Positions 40,951 to 51,447 of a stretch of DNA of 64,000 nt are shown piece by piece. Position 1 is the first letter of the stretch, and each line of letters begins with the position of its first letter. The notes under the pieces were generated by a model, which saw only the letters and a list, made by a program, of their open reading frames with translations, was not told the DNA's origin and did no database searches. Position numbers and translations under genes: made by a program. This DNA comes from an uncultured Acidobacteriota bacterium (GTDB taxonomy: Bacteria > Acidobacteriota > Thermoanaerobaculia > Gp7-AA8): positions 416,001 through 480,000 of the forward strand of contig CAVUKB010000006.1 of assembly GCA_963741955.1 (NCBI GenBank). Direction: 5' to 3'.

Positions 40951-41290
40951 AGACCATCACGGGTTGAGGATGGATCCGAGAACGAAGATCCTAGGAGTCT
41001 GCGCGAGCTTGCTGAGCAGCGAAGGATCCTCTCTCCGAGGGGCGCCACGGCTCCCGCCGTGGCCGCGCAGATCGCCTTCAGAACGCAACGAGACGACACC
41101 TGCGGCAGATGCGCAGTAACTCCGCACATCGGCTCTGTGAACACCCACAGTGCCACTTAAGGCCATTGGGGCTAAAGCATCGTGGATCGCGGACGGAGCT
41201 GATATCGAAGATCCGAGCTCGGCGATCTGAGAGAGCGGATCCGGAAAATCGGCTGCAGCGATGTTGCGGGCGCTCCGAACGTTCGCCGAT

Positions 41291-42664
41291 CTACTTCCGC
41301 CCGACGGTTCCTGCGCTCTTCGGTTCGGATTTCAGTTTCGAATAGAGCGTCGAAGGACTGATGTCGAGCAGGCGCGCCGCCGCGCGCATGTTCCCCCCTG
41401 CAGCCTCGACCGCCTGCCGGATGTAATCGGCCACAACCTCGTCGAGCGGACGGATCTCCCAATCCACTTTCGGCGCGAGGGTCGGCTCGCCGAGCGCCAT
41501 CGCCTGGTTCTCGAGGAGGAGATGCTCAACGCGGATCTCACCGGAGCGTGCCGTGAGGAGTGCGCGCTCCAGAACGTTCCGAAGCTCACGTACGTTGCCC
41601 GGCCACGAATAGCGGGAAAGGCGTTCGACCGCGCGCGCGGAGATTCGCGGGCGCGATACGCCGAGGTTCTTTCCGAGCCGCTCGAGAAGAGCGTTACTGA
41701 GAATGGGGATGTCTTCGAGCCGCTCCCGCAGCGGCGGGATGTGAAGCCGGATGACACTGAGGCGGAAGAAAAGATCGCGGCGGAACGCGCCGGTCGACAC
41801 CGCCTCCGACAGATCGCTGTTTGTCGCGGCGATCAGCCGGAACTCCGAGCGGATGTCGCGGATCCCTCCGAGCCTCCGAAATCGCCGATCCTCGATCGCC
41901 TTCAGCAGCCGCGCCTGGACCGACGGATCGAGCTCCCCGACTTCATCGAGAAAGACGGTACCGTTCGCGGCGATCTCGAACAGCCCGGGCTTGGCGGAGC
42001 TGGCATCCGTAAATGCGCCCCGCTCGTGTCCGAACAGCTCGGATTCGAGAAGCTCTCTCGAAAGGCCGGCGCAGTTCAGGTCGACGAACGGAGCGCGCGC
42101 TCGATCGCTCCTGTTGTGGATCAGGCTCGCGACGATTCCTTTCCCCGTACCGGACTCGCCTTCCAGGAGAACCGGCGATGGTGCGCCGGCGATCGCCTCG
42201 ATGGTCGATTCGATCTCCTTCGCCACGGCAGAGATGCCGAGAAATGAACGTTCCGGGTCTCCCTTCGTCCTCTTCAGTGCCTCGAGCTCCCGCCGCGTGG
42301 CGACATTCCGGCTGACCTGCTCGAGCACCAGCTCCAGATTGTCGAAGTCGCACGGCTTCGAGACGAAAGTCTCCGCCCCCTTCCGCATCGCTTCGACCGC
42401 CATGTCGATGGTCCCGACCCCCGACATCACGATGACCGGCGTCGCCTCCGAATAGCCTTTGATGTGATCGAGAACGTCGATGCCGGAGATATCCGGAAGC
42501 ATCACGTCGAGGAGGACCACGTCGGGCGACTGTGCCTCGAATTCTCTGAGCGCCTCGCGGCCGCCGGTGGCCGAACAGACACGCCATCCGCTGTGGGCGA
42601 GGAGCGCCGTCGTCCCGGCGAGTACGTCGGGGTCATCGTCGACGACGAGGATGGTCTTCTGCAT
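41291..42664 (-). CDS. Sigma-54-dependent response regulator (NtrC family)
   Basis: Receiver; GESGTGKG; ESELFGHERGAFTDA; WPGNVREL; C-terminal Fis HTH. Confidence 0.95.
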   Translation of the reverse strand: MQKTILVVDDDPDVLAGTTALLAHSGWRVCSATGGREALREFEAQSPDVVLLDVMLPDISGIDVLDHIKGYSEATPVIVMSGVGTIDMAVEAMRKGAETFVSKPCDFDNLELVLEQVSRNVATRRELEALKRTKGDPERSFLGISAVAKEIESTIEAIAGAPSPVLLEGESGTGKGIVASLIHNRSDRARAPFVDLNCAGLSRELLESELFGHERGAFTDASSAKPGLFEIAANGTVFLDEVGELDPSVQARLLKAIEDRRFRRLGGIRDIRSEFRLIAATNSDLSEAVSTGAFRRDLFFRLSVIRLHIPPLRERLEDIPILSNALLERLGKNLGVSRPRISARAVERLSRYSWPGNVRELRNVLERALLTARSGEIRVEHLLLENQAMALGEPTLAPKVDWEIRPLDEVVADYIRQAVEAAGGNMRAAARLLDISPSTLYSKLKSEPKSAGTVGRK

Positions 42665-42697
42665 ATCGACTGATTGTAACGTCTGCGCACCGATGCG

Positions 42698-45085
42698 TCA
42701 GGATTCCCTTTCGCCCTTCATCCCGTTCGAGCTCGCGAGCGCGATCCGGATTTCCTCGAAGAGATCTCCGGCCTCGTAAGGCTTCTGGCGATACCGCGTC
42801 CGGCCGTCGCGCAGCAGTGGATCGAATCGACTCGACTCGCCAAATCCCGAAGAGATCAGAATCGGTATCGACGGGAGACGCCTCCGGATCTCCCCGTGCG
42901 CGACGTCCCCGCTCATCTCCGGCATTCCCAGATCGAGAATGATCATGTCCGGACGGAATCCACTGTCGAGGAGAGCGATCGCTTTCCGGCCGCGGTCCAC
43001 GACCCGGACGCTCGCGCCTTCGATCTCCAGCAGCGACTTCATTCCCGAGGTCACCTCGGTCTCGTCGTCCACGATCAGGATCTGAACGCCTTTCATCGAC
43101 TCCGCTGCGGAAGTCTCCACATCCCGTCCCGGCGCAGGTCCGGCCGAGGCTCGCGGAAAAGCCACTGCGAACGTGGTTCCTTCGCCCGGCGCGGATTCGA
43201 CGAAGACGCGGGCCCCATGCTGCTCCGCAATCCGGTGAACGACCGAGAGACCGAGTCCCACGCCCTTCCCGAGCTCCTTGGTGGTGAAGAACGGATCGAA
43301 AATGCTCTGGATCGCTTTCGAGTCGATGCCGATCCCCGTATCGCGGAGCTCGAGAACGACGTACTCTCCTCCGGGAAGTCCCCAGCGCGCGATCTCCGCG
43401 GCGCCCGCGACACGGGAGCCGAGCCGGAGAACCCCTCCCTTCGGCATCGCGTCGCGCGCGTTGATCGCGAGATTCAGAAGAAGCTGCCCCACCTGAGCCG
43501 GATCTGCTTCGATCGAGAGCGGCTGGGGATGCTGCACCACGACCTCGATCCCGGGAGGAATCGCCGGCCGGATCAGCTTCAACTGATAGTCAATCAGCTC
43601 TCCGAGCTCGAAGATCCGCTTCTCCGGCTTTCTCGGCTGCGCGAAGTCGAGAAGCTGGCGGGTCACGTCCCTGGCGCGGTGCACCGCCCGCCGGATGTGG
43701 TCCGTCGCGTTCTGGATCGCCGGCTCCTCTGGATACTTCCGCCGGAGGAGATCGGCCCAGGGGAGCGCCGCCATCAGCGTATTGTTGAAATCGTGCGCGA
43801 TGCCCGATGCCATCTGCCCGAGTGCCTGGAGCTTCTGGGCCTGCGCGAGCGACCTTTCGAGCTGCCTGGTGAAAACTTCCGGCCTGAGGTCCCGAAACGA
43901 GACCAGAAACATCGGCTCACCGGACTTTTCGAGAATCGAGGCGCGGACATCGGCAGGGATCCGCTCTCCCGACGCCGCGACGAGCGTGACCTGACGGGAG
44001 CTCGTGGCCGCCTCCTCGCAGATCCGGTCGAGGAGCTCGTCGTTCCCGGATTCGACGATGTCTGCGAACCGAAGCCCGACGAGATTGAGCCGCGGCCGGC
44101 CGATCATCCCGGCGAACGCAGGGTTGACTTCGACGACCTTCCCGGACGCCTTGTCACAGACGATGTGCGGCTCGGCACCGAGCTCGAAAATCCGGCGGTA
44201 TCGCTCCTCGGCGCTCTTCTGCCTCGTCGTGTCGCGAAGAAATGCGATCAGTGCGTCCGTCGATCCGAATCGATGACTTCCCAGTCTCACCGCCAGCTCG
44301 ACCCGTTCGCCGTTCGGTCGCTCGATCACCGTCTCGTACTCCTCCACCTGCTCCGGCTCCATCGACGAAAGATTCTCGAGCTTCCTTCGAGCGGGTTGGC
44401 GCTGTTCCGCCGGGCGAAGGTCGGGAGTGGTCATCTCGATCAGTTCTTCATGAGTGCGTCCGGTCAGCCGCTCGAATGCGGGATTGCAGTCGAGAATCTT
44501 TCCGGTGTGCCGCTCGAGGATGGCAATCGGTTCGAGCGAGCGCTCGAAGAGAAGAGCGTAACGCTCCGAACGGTCTTCGATCGCGCTCACGTCCCGACCG
44601 TTCACGAGGATGTGCGGAACGCCTCCGAAGATCACCGGGTGGGCGCGGAATCCGAAGGGAAAGACCCGTCCGGTCACGGAGCGGAATCGCACCGCTCCCC
44701 GCGAGCTCTCTCCTCGCCGTTCGGCGGCTTCGAACTTCTGCCGCAGCACTTCTCGCGAGTCGTCGATGCAGAAGTCGACCAGATTCGTCCCCGCCAGGGC
44801 CTCCCGGGTGGAGTTCATCTCCTTCGCAGCGGCCGGGTTCGCATCGACGATCGTTCCGTCACCCAGGATCAACAGCATCGGGCTTTCGAGCTCCTGAAAG
44901 AGGAGCCTCCACCTCTGCTCCGATTCACTCTGCTCGTCGAGCTGCTGTCGGAGAACCGCGAGCTGACGGCGCAGCTCCGCGATCTCCTCCGAGAGACGGT
45001 CCGGTTCATCTTTCGCGTTCATGATCTGCGGGGGATCGGAAGGAAACTCGTTCCGCTTCCCCGAGCGTGGGTCCATCCGTGGCAC
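42698..45085 (-). CDS. Multi-PAS hybrid histidine kinase
   Basis: Three PAS-like repeats, GIAHDFNN, NLAINARDAM, FDPFFTTK..GLGLS, C-terminal receiver; start uncertain (45022-45085). Confidence 0.92.
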   Translation of the reverse strand: MPRMDPRSGKRNEFPSDPPQIMNAKDEPDRLSEEIAELRRQLAVLRQQLDEQSESEQRWRLLFQELESPMLLILGDGTIVDANPAAAKEMNSTREALAGTNLVDFCIDDSREVLRQKFEAAERRGESSRGAVRFRSVTGRVFPFGFRAHPVIFGGVPHILVNGRDVSAIEDRSERYALLFERSLEPIAILERHTGKILDCNPAFERLTGRTHEELIEMTTPDLRPAEQRQPARRKLENLSSMEPEQVEEYETVIERPNGERVELAVRLGSHRFGSTDALIAFLRDTTRQKSAEERYRRIFELGAEPHIVCDKASGKVVEVNPAFAGMIGRPRLNLVGLRFADIVESGNDELLDRICEEAATSSRQVTLVAASGERIPADVRASILEKSGEPMFLVSFRDLRPEVFTRQLERSLAQAQKLQALGQMASGIAHDFNNTLMAALPWADLLRRKYPEEPAIQNATDHIRRAVHRARDVTRQLLDFAQPRKPEKRIFELGELIDYQLKLIRPAIPPGIEVVVQHPQPLSIEADPAQVGQLLLNLAINARDAMPKGGVLRLGSRVAGAAEIARWGLPGGEYVVLELRDTGIGIDSKAIQSIFDPFFTTKELGKGVGLGLSVVHRIAEQHGARVFVESAPGEGTTFAVAFPRASAGPAPGRDVETSAAESMKGVQILIVDDETEVTSGMKSLLEIEGASVRVVDRGRKAIALLDSGFRPDMIILDLGMPEMSGDVAHGEIRRRLPSIPILISSGFGESSRFDPLLRDGRTRYRQKPYEAGDLFEEIRIALASSNGMKGERES

Positions 45086-45221
45086 AGTTTTGATACAGCC
45101 ACCGTCAGCCGCCGGGTCGGAACCGCTGGTAAACCCGAGGCAGCCTCGATCTTTCTTTTCGGCTACCGAAGGGAATCAACAGATGGTACCATCGGGTTCC
45201 CGGTGACGCGGCACTTTTCGT

Positions 45222-45298
45222 CGGGCAGTAGCGCAGCCTGGTAGCGCACCTGAATGGGGTTCAGGTGGTCGGGAGTTCAAATCTCCCCTGCCCGACCA
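45222..45298 (+). tRNA. tRNA-Pro (GGG)
   Basis: CGGGCAG acceptor stem with CTGCCCG-A-CCA; anticodon arm CCTGA-ATGGGGT-TCAGG; GTTCAAATC T-loop. Confidence 0.97.
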
Positions 45299-45462
45299 AA
45301 CCGCCGCGTCTCACCCTACCCTTCACGAATCACGCCCGCCCGCGACGCGCAGATCCGCTGATCCGCCGCACTCATCGCACTCGCTGCGAAACTCTCCGCA
45401 GGAATTTTGTCCCTCCACTTCGACTCAATAGAGACAACCGCGCGCAGCGAAAGGAGCCTCCG

Positions 45463-45771
45463 TTGGAAGAGAAAGACTCTCAGTCCATCCGCATCCGTCT
45501 CGACGACCCCGTCGCAAACGGTGAGTACGTGAACTTCGCGAACATCATCCACTCGCCGAGCGAGTTCGTGATCGACTTCGGCCGGGCCGTTCCGGGACGA
45601 GCGGAGATCCGGATCCACAGCCGGGTGATCATGACTCCACTCCACGCGAAACAGATGCTCGACGCGCTCGCACAGAACGTGGCCATCTTCGAACAGAAGT
45701 ACGGCCCGATCCGCACCGAACCGGGTATCGGCTCCTATTCCTCCCCCTCGGGCTCGGATCAGTCGAACTGA
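45463..45771 (+). CDS. DUF3467 family protein
   Basis: AAGGAG before TTG; GEYVNFANIIHSPSEFVIDFG...SRVIMTPLHAK...YGPI. Confidence 0.85.
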   Translation: MEEKDSQSIRIRLDDPVANGEYVNFANIIHSPSEFVIDFGRAVPGRAEIRIHSRVIMTPLHAKQMLDALAQNVAIFEQKYGPIRTEPGIGSYSSPSGSDQSN

Positions 45772-45790
45772 CACTCCGGACCGGACCCTC

Positions 45791-47092
45791 ATGGCGAACG
45801 TAAGAATCATCGGCGCCGGCCTTGCAGGCTCCGAGTGCGCGTTTCAGCTCGCGCGCCGCGGCCACACCGTGGAGCTCTGCGAGATGCGGCCCGAGAAGCG
45901 CTCGGCAGCCCACAAGAGCGGCGATCTCGCGGAGCTCGTCTGCTCCAACTCGTTCCGTTCCAACGCTCCGACGAATGCGGTGGGGCTCCTGAAACGGGAG
46001 ATGGAGATTCTCGGCTCGCTCATCATGCAGTGCGGCACGATCGCGCGCGTTCCTGCAGGAGACGCGTTCGCCGTCGACCGCGAGATCTTTTCGCGGGAGG
46101 TCACCCGTGCGATCGGAAATGAGGATCGGATCACCCTCCGTCGCACCGAGATCCCGGACCTCTCGATGGATGGATTCGATTTTCTCGTCGTGGCGACCGG
46201 TCCACTGACCAGCGACGCTCTTTTCACTGCGATCGGCTCGATCCTCGGCAACGACGGGCTCTACTTCTACGACGCGATCGCGCCGATCATCACTGCCGAC
46301 TCGATCGATATGTCGAAGCTCTACTGGAAGTCGCGCTACGACAAGGGAGCCAGCAGCGATTACCTCAACGCACCCATGAGCGAGGAAGAGTATCGCCGCT
46401 TCATCGATGCACTCCTCGGGGCCGAGATCTACCCGCTTCACGATTTCGAGAATGCCGCCCACTTCGAGGGATGTCTCCCGATCGAAGAGATGGCCGCGCG
46501 GGGAATCGAGACGCTGCGCTTCGGACCGATGAAGCCTGTTGGTCTCGAGCATCCGGTGACCGGCGAGCGCCCTCACGCCGTGGTTCAGCTCCGGAAGGAA
46601 GATCTTTCCGACGAGCACTTCAACCTGGTCGGATTCCAGACCAAGATGAAGATCGGCGAGCAGAAGCGAGTCCTCTCGATGATTCCGGGGCTCGAGAACG
46701 CAGCTTTCGCTCGCTGGGGATCGATGCACCGGAACACGTTCATCAACGGACCGAAACACCTGACCCCGACTTTCCAGCTCCGTCACGACGCGCGGATTTT
46801 TTTCGCGGGACAGATCAGCGGGGTGGAAGGCTACGTCGAATCCGCCGCGACCGGTCTTCTCGTCGGCCGGTATGTCGACCACATCGCGAAGGGAGAGCCG
46901 GCCGAACCGCTTCCTTACCACACGGCCCTGGGCGCGCTCGGACGTCACGTCGCGGAGTCGTCGCCCGAGCGTTATCAGCCGTCGAACGTCACCTGGGGCC
47001 TGATCGAAGACGTGATCGGCAAAGGGAAGAAAGCGGTTCGCAGAGAAGCCCAGGTCGAGAGAAGCATCGATTATCTGAGATCTATTATCTGA
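45791..47092 (+). CDS. trmFO: Methylenetetrahydrofolate-tRNA-(uracil-5-)-methyltransferase
   Basis: IIGAGLAGSE, AELVCSNSF, FYDAIAP, FGPMKPVGL, AGQISGVEGY. Confidence 0.97.
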   Translation: MANVRIIGAGLAGSECAFQLARRGHTVELCEMRPEKRSAAHKSGDLAELVCSNSFRSNAPTNAVGLLKREMEILGSLIMQCGTIARVPAGDAFAVDREIFSREVTRAIGNEDRITLRRTEIPDLSMDGFDFLVVATGPLTSDALFTAIGSILGNDGLYFYDAIAPIITADSIDMSKLYWKSRYDKGASSDYLNAPMSEEEYRRFIDALLGAEIYPLHDFENAAHFEGCLPIEEMAARGIETLRFGPMKPVGLEHPVTGERPHAVVQLRKEDLSDEHFNLVGFQTKMKIGEQKRVLSMIPGLENAAFARWGSMHRNTFINGPKHLTPTFQLRHDARIFFAGQISGVEGYVESAATGLLVGRYVDHIAKGEPAEPLPYHTALGALGRHVAESSPERYQPSNVTWGLIEDVIGKGKKAVRREAQVERSIDYLRSII

Positions 47093-47225
47093 TATCTGTT
47101 ATCTGTTGTCTGTTATCTGTTGTCTGTTATCTGTCTTGATATCTGATCTCATTATCACTACGGGGCATACAATCCGAAGATCAGATACCAGATAATAGAT
47201 AATAGATAATAGATAATAGATAAAT
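47069..47225. repeat. Inverted pair of heptamer arrays (TTATCTG)n / (AGATAAT)n
   Basis: Directly visible between convergent trmFO and the kinase gene. Confidence 0.85.
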
Positions 47226-47233
47226 TGATGTTC

Positions 47234-49552
47234 CTAAGCTGGCTGCGCCTGAGCGGAAGATTTCGCGGAATCGGCCATGATCCGCTCGACCGGAAGGCCG
47301 AAGTGGAACGTGGTCCCTTCACCCTGCCGACTCTCGACCCAGATCGAGCCGTCGTGTCGTTCGACGATCTGCTTCGCGATGTAGAGCCCGAGCCCGAGTC
47401 CACCGTAGTTGGAGACGGAAACGTCGCGGCCGCGGTGGAAGCGTTCAAACACCTGATTGAGCTCGTCGGCCGGAATGCCGATGCCGTGGTCGGAGATCGA
47501 GGTCACCACGCGGTCGCCCTCGTTCCTGACCCGAACTTCGACTCCGCTGCCGTCCGGTGAGTACTTGACCGCGTTCTCGAGAAGGTTTCCCAGGACCTGC
47601 TCGAGGCGGTCGCGGTCCCCGGCGATGCGGATTTCCTTCTCCGGCTGGTCGAGCTCGATGGTGCGGTCGGCGAACGCCGCATGGTGGCGTTTGACGATGT
47701 TCTCGACGAACTCTTTCCACTCGATCGGTTCGCGGCGGATCTCCAGTCTCCCCGTTTCGATTCGTGAAACGTCGAGCAGCTCGAGGATCAGGCGCGACAT
47801 GCGGTCGATCTGGTCGAGCGCAACGTCGAGGTACTCTCCGGCCGGAGGAAGGTCTTCTTCGGCGATCAGTGCCTTCGCCAGCTGGGTGTAGCCTTTGATC
47901 GACGTGACCGGGGTGCGGAGCTCGTGGGAAGCGATGGAGAGGAACTCGTCCTTGAGGCGCGAGAGATCTTCCATCTTGCGCCGGGCTTCCACCTGTTCCG
48001 CGTACAGCATGGTGTTCTCGATCGCGACTGCGGCACGTTCGGTCATCAGCTCCGCGAGAGGGAGCTTCTGGTCCGTCATCTGCCGGTCCGGATCGTTCGC
48101 GGCGATCACCAGGGCGCCGAGAATCTCGCGCCGCGTCCGGAGCGGGAGGACCAGGAGTGAAGAGAGCTTCATCTGCACCGGGTGATACGAGGCCGCGTCC
48201 GTCGCCGTCATCGGACCCTGCCCCTCGAAATTCGTCAGCAGCGCCGGATAGCCGGTACTGGCGACCTGGCCGATCAACCCCTCGCCAACGACCAGCGGCT
48301 GCCGGTAGATGAAGGCCCAGGCGAGTCCGAGCGAGGCCATGTCGCGATGGTAGATGGACGCGACGCGAAGCTCGTTCGACCCGGGAGTCTTGAGCACCAC
48401 CGCAGCCCAATCGCCCAGAACTTCCGCAACGCGCTCGGCGATGGCCTGAGTCACCCAGCCGGGGTCGATGGTGCTGGAGAAGAACGCACCCGCATCCGCG
48501 AGGATCAGGGCGCGCTCGGCCTGGCTCTGCATCTCCTCTTCCAGGCGCCGTCGCTCCGTCACGTCGCGGAAGCTGACGATGACGCCGGTCACCGCACCCT
48601 CTTCCTTCAGAGGAACCGCATTCATGGAGACGGTGACCTCTTTTCCTTCGCCTCGATCGATCGCGACGAGGGCGTCGCGTACCGGTTTTCCGCTGCCGAG
48701 CGCCTGAGCCGCAGGAATCTCGCCGGTCTCGAGTGGTTTTCCGTCCGTGGAACGGAATCGGTAGACGGCGGCCTGCTCCTCGATCGGAGTTCCGATGGTG
48801 GAGTTGTCGAGCAGACGCACTCCCGCCGGGTTGATGAAGACGACACACCCCTGGTGGTCGACCAGCATGACCCCGTCACCCATCCCCGCGACGATCGCCT
48901 CGGTGCGACGCACCTGCCGGGAGAGAGACTCCTCGAGCGAGCGCTCGATCCGCAACACGGCGAAGACACCGACGAAAAGGATCGCCACGCTGACGATGAT
49001 CAGGAGGAATGTGACCGCGAGCCGCAGGCCGTCGAGCTCGGCCTCGTCACGCCCGCGCTGGACGCTCTCTTTTTCCGCAAATGCTCCTGCGAAATCGTAC
49101 GCGGAACGGCGTATTCGCGCCGCCTCCAGCATCGTGTCGATCGCCGGCCCGGTGTTCCCGCTCTTCGAGAGAGAGATCTCCTCGTCCGAGAGCTCCTTGA
49201 GCTTCTGGAAGTGGTCCCGCATCCCGTTCACCAGAGCGCTGTCGCGCGGCTCGGTCGCGAGGGTCGCCGCCGCGGTCGCAGTCGACTCGAACTCCCGGAT
49301 CGCATCGTCGTACTGCGAGAGGAACTGCGTCTGGCGGGTCATGGTGTACCCGCGGGCGGCCGCCAGCATCGAGCTGACCGAGCCATCCATCTTCATGATC
49401 GCCTCCAGCAGAGGCTCGTAGACCTGAATGACCCTCGAGTATTGCCGCTTTTCCTGCTGGAGAACGATGATGTTCATCGTCGCCGCCAGGGTGACGAAGA
49501 CGAAGAGGGTGCCAAAGGCAGCCCAGAGAGTCTGTCGGGTGGTGCGGGTCAT
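47234..49552 (-). CDS. Membrane sensor histidine kinase (CHASE3-like + PAS + GAF + HisKA + HATPase)
   Basis: TM-flanked ARGYTMT..FLSQY (CHASE3-like), PAS, GAF (GEGLIGQVA), ASHELRTP, NLLENAVKY, GLGLGL. Confidence 0.9.
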   Translation of the reverse strand: MTRTTRQTLWAAFGTLFVFVTLAATMNIIVLQQEKRQYSRVIQVYEPLLEAIMKMDGSVSSMLAAARGYTMTRQTQFLSQYDDAIREFESTATAAATLATEPRDSALVNGMRDHFQKLKELSDEEISLSKSGNTGPAIDTMLEAARIRRSAYDFAGAFAEKESVQRGRDEAELDGLRLAVTFLLIIVSVAILFVGVFAVLRIERSLEESLSRQVRRTEAIVAGMGDGVMLVDHQGCVVFINPAGVRLLDNSTIGTPIEEQAAVYRFRSTDGKPLETGEIPAAQALGSGKPVRDALVAIDRGEGKEVTVSMNAVPLKEEGAVTGVIVSFRDVTERRRLEEEMQSQAERALILADAGAFFSSTIDPGWVTQAIAERVAEVLGDWAAVVLKTPGSNELRVASIYHRDMASLGLAWAFIYRQPLVVGEGLIGQVASTGYPALLTNFEGQGPMTATDAASYHPVQMKLSSLLVLPLRTRREILGALVIAANDPDRQMTDQKLPLAELMTERAAVAIENTMLYAEQVEARRKMEDLSRLKDEFLSIASHELRTPVTSIKGYTQLAKALIAEEDLPPAGEYLDVALDQIDRMSRLILELLDVSRIETGRLEIRREPIEWKEFVENIVKRHHAAFADRTIELDQPEKEIRIAGDRDRLEQVLGNLLENAVKYSPDGSGVEVRVRNEGDRVVTSISDHGIGIPADELNQVFERFHRGRDVSVSNYGGLGLGLYIAKQIVERHDGSIWVESRQGEGTTFHFGLPVERIMADSAKSSAQAQPA

Positions 49553-49678
49553 CGGCTCGGTTCCGCTGTCGGGCGCCTACGGGCCGATGCAAAGCTCCTG
49601 CCCTTATTGCCCGGATCCCCGCGCCACCGCGTACTGGAATGCCGGATGCAAGAAAAGCCCGCCACCGGAGGCTCAGTC

Positions 49679-50560
49679 ATGGCTCTCAGACCGACCCGTT
49701 CCGCCACCATCACCTTCGGACTGGTTTCCATCCCGGTCCGTTTCTACACTGCCACCCGGCAGGAGGACATCTCGTTCAACCTCCTCCACCAGGAGTGCGG
49801 AACCCGGGTCAACCGCAAATGGTGGTGCGCTCAACACGAGAGGATCGTCGACAACGACGATCTGATCCGCGGCTACGAGATCAGCAAGGGACGATACGTG
49901 ACCTTCTCCGACGAGGAGCTCAAAGCGCTCGAGAGCGGGGGCGACCGTGCTCTCGAGATCACGGAGTTCGTCTCCCTGGACCAGGTCGATCCCGTTTTCT
50001 TCGAAAAATCCTACTTCCTCGGGCCTGCAGACGGTGCGAGCAGGACGTACGCGCTACTGGCGACCGCATTGCGTGACGAAGGTAAAGTGGCCCTCGCCCG
50101 ATGGGTGCACTCCAATCGCGAGCAGCTCGTCCTCCTCCGTCCGTACGAGAACGGCCTGATTCTTCACACCATGTACTACGCAGATGAAGTACGGGACTTC
50201 GGACGGCTCGAGATCCCCGAGACCGAGGTGCGCGAGAAGGAGCTCCGTCTCGCCACCATGCTGATCGGAGAGCTGACCGAGAAGGAATTCGATCCGCTTC
50301 GCTACCACGACGAGTATCGAGCACGGGTGCTGGAGCAGATCGAGGCGAAAGCCGCCGGGCAGGAGATCATCACGCAACCCCAGGAGGCCGAAAAAGTGGC
50401 TGACGTCGTCGACATCATGGAAGCACTGCGCAGGAGTCTCGGAGAAGCGAAACCGGAAGGACGCCGCGGCGCGAAACGCGCTCCGTCGCGCAAACGCAGT
50501 AAGACGGAGAAACCCGAAACGGCGAAGAAAGGCGGCCGCACCGGCCGGAAGATCTCGTGA
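49679..50560 (+). CDS. ku: Non-homologous end joining protein Ku
   Basis: ITFGLVSIPV, RGYEISKGRYV, DPVFFEKSYFL, VVDIMEALRRSL, basic C-tail. Confidence 0.95.
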   Translation: MALRPTRSATITFGLVSIPVRFYTATRQEDISFNLLHQECGTRVNRKWWCAQHERIVDNDDLIRGYEISKGRYVTFSDEELKALESGGDRALEITEFVSLDQVDPVFFEKSYFLGPADGASRTYALLATALRDEGKVALARWVHSNREQLVLLRPYENGLILHTMYYADEVRDFGRLEIPETEVREKELRLATMLIGELTEKEFDPLRYHDEYRARVLEQIEAKAAGQEIITQPQEAEKVADVVDIMEALRRSLGEAKPEGRRGAKRAPSRKRSKTEKPETAKKGGRTGRKIS

Positions 50561-51261
50561 CGAAAGGAACTCTGGAGCGCTACCGCTCCATGCGGAACTT
50601 CGGCGAGACCCCCGAGCCTGCGGGAAAGAAAAAGAAGCCCGCGAAGAAGTCCATCTTCGTGATCCAGAAGCATCAGGCTTCCCATCTCCATTACGACTTC
50701 CGCCTGGAGATGGAAGGCGTGCTCAAATCATGGGCCGTTCCGAAAGGGCCGTCGTACGACCCCGCGACGAAGCGTCTCGCGATGATGACCGAAGATCATC
50801 CGTACGATTACGCATCGTTCGAGGGAGTCATCCCGGAAGGAAACTACGGAGCCGGGAACGTGATCATCTGGGACCAGGGGACGTGGGAACCGCTCGAAGA
50901 GAGTGCGGACCCTGCTGCGGCCCTGGAGAAGGGAAAACTCGCGTTCCGTCTGAAGGGGAAGAAGATGTTCGGGGAGTGGGCGCTGGTGAAACTGCACGGA
51001 AGCTCGCGGAAAGGGAACGAGTGGCTTCTGATCAAGCACCGCGACGAATTCGCGAATGCCGATTTCGACGTGACGCGAGAGGCACCTCGCTCGGTCGTCT
51101 CGAAGCGTGCGGTCGACGAGGTCGGATCCGGACGTCAGTGGGAGAGCAACCGGAAGTCCGCACCGCGAAAAGCACGCACGGTGGCGGATACCTTGCGCGA
51201 GAAGAAAGCACCGTCGTCGCGCGGTGCGAAGCGGGGGGGTGGGAGGAAGCGGTCGTCGTGA
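50557..51261 (+). CDS. Stand-alone LigD 3'-phosphoesterase (PE) domain protein
   Basis: GTGA overlap with ku; FVIQKHQASHLHYDFRLE, KSWAVPKGP, EDHP, YGAG, WLLIK; ends after the PE domain. Confidence 0.9.
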   Translation: MTKGTLERYRSMRNFGETPEPAGKKKKPAKKSIFVIQKHQASHLHYDFRLEMEGVLKSWAVPKGPSYDPATKRLAMMTEDHPYDYASFEGVIPEGNYGAGNVIIWDQGTWEPLEESADPAAALEKGKLAFRLKGKKMFGEWALVKLHGSSRKGNEWLLIKHRDEFANADFDVTREAPRSVVSKRAVDEVGSGRQWESNRKSAPRKARTVADTLREKKAPSSRGAKRGGGRKRSS

Positions 51262-51446
51262 GATTTGCCCGATTTCACGATTTGCACGATTTGCGCGATT
51301 TGCGCGATTTGATTTGTTGATTTGCGTGAGCTGCGAGACTCGATTTGGACGACTTGCGTGAGCTGCCGGTTGCTCGCCTCTCCGCACCGAGTCACGACGA
51401 TGGAGGAGTCGTGCGATTCGCGCAATTCGCGCAATCGCGCAAATCC
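51262..51446. repeat. Inverted nonamer arrays (GATTTGCGC)n / (CGCAATTCG..GCGCAAATC)
   Basis: Visible between the convergent ligD-PE and NUDIX genes. Confidence 0.75.
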
Positions 51447-51447
51447 C

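Noticed and set aside
40307-41160. ORFs with DPRSAIR / SRIADRG peptide repeats
   Set aside because: Translations of the non-coding heptamer arrays, open in several frames on both strands.
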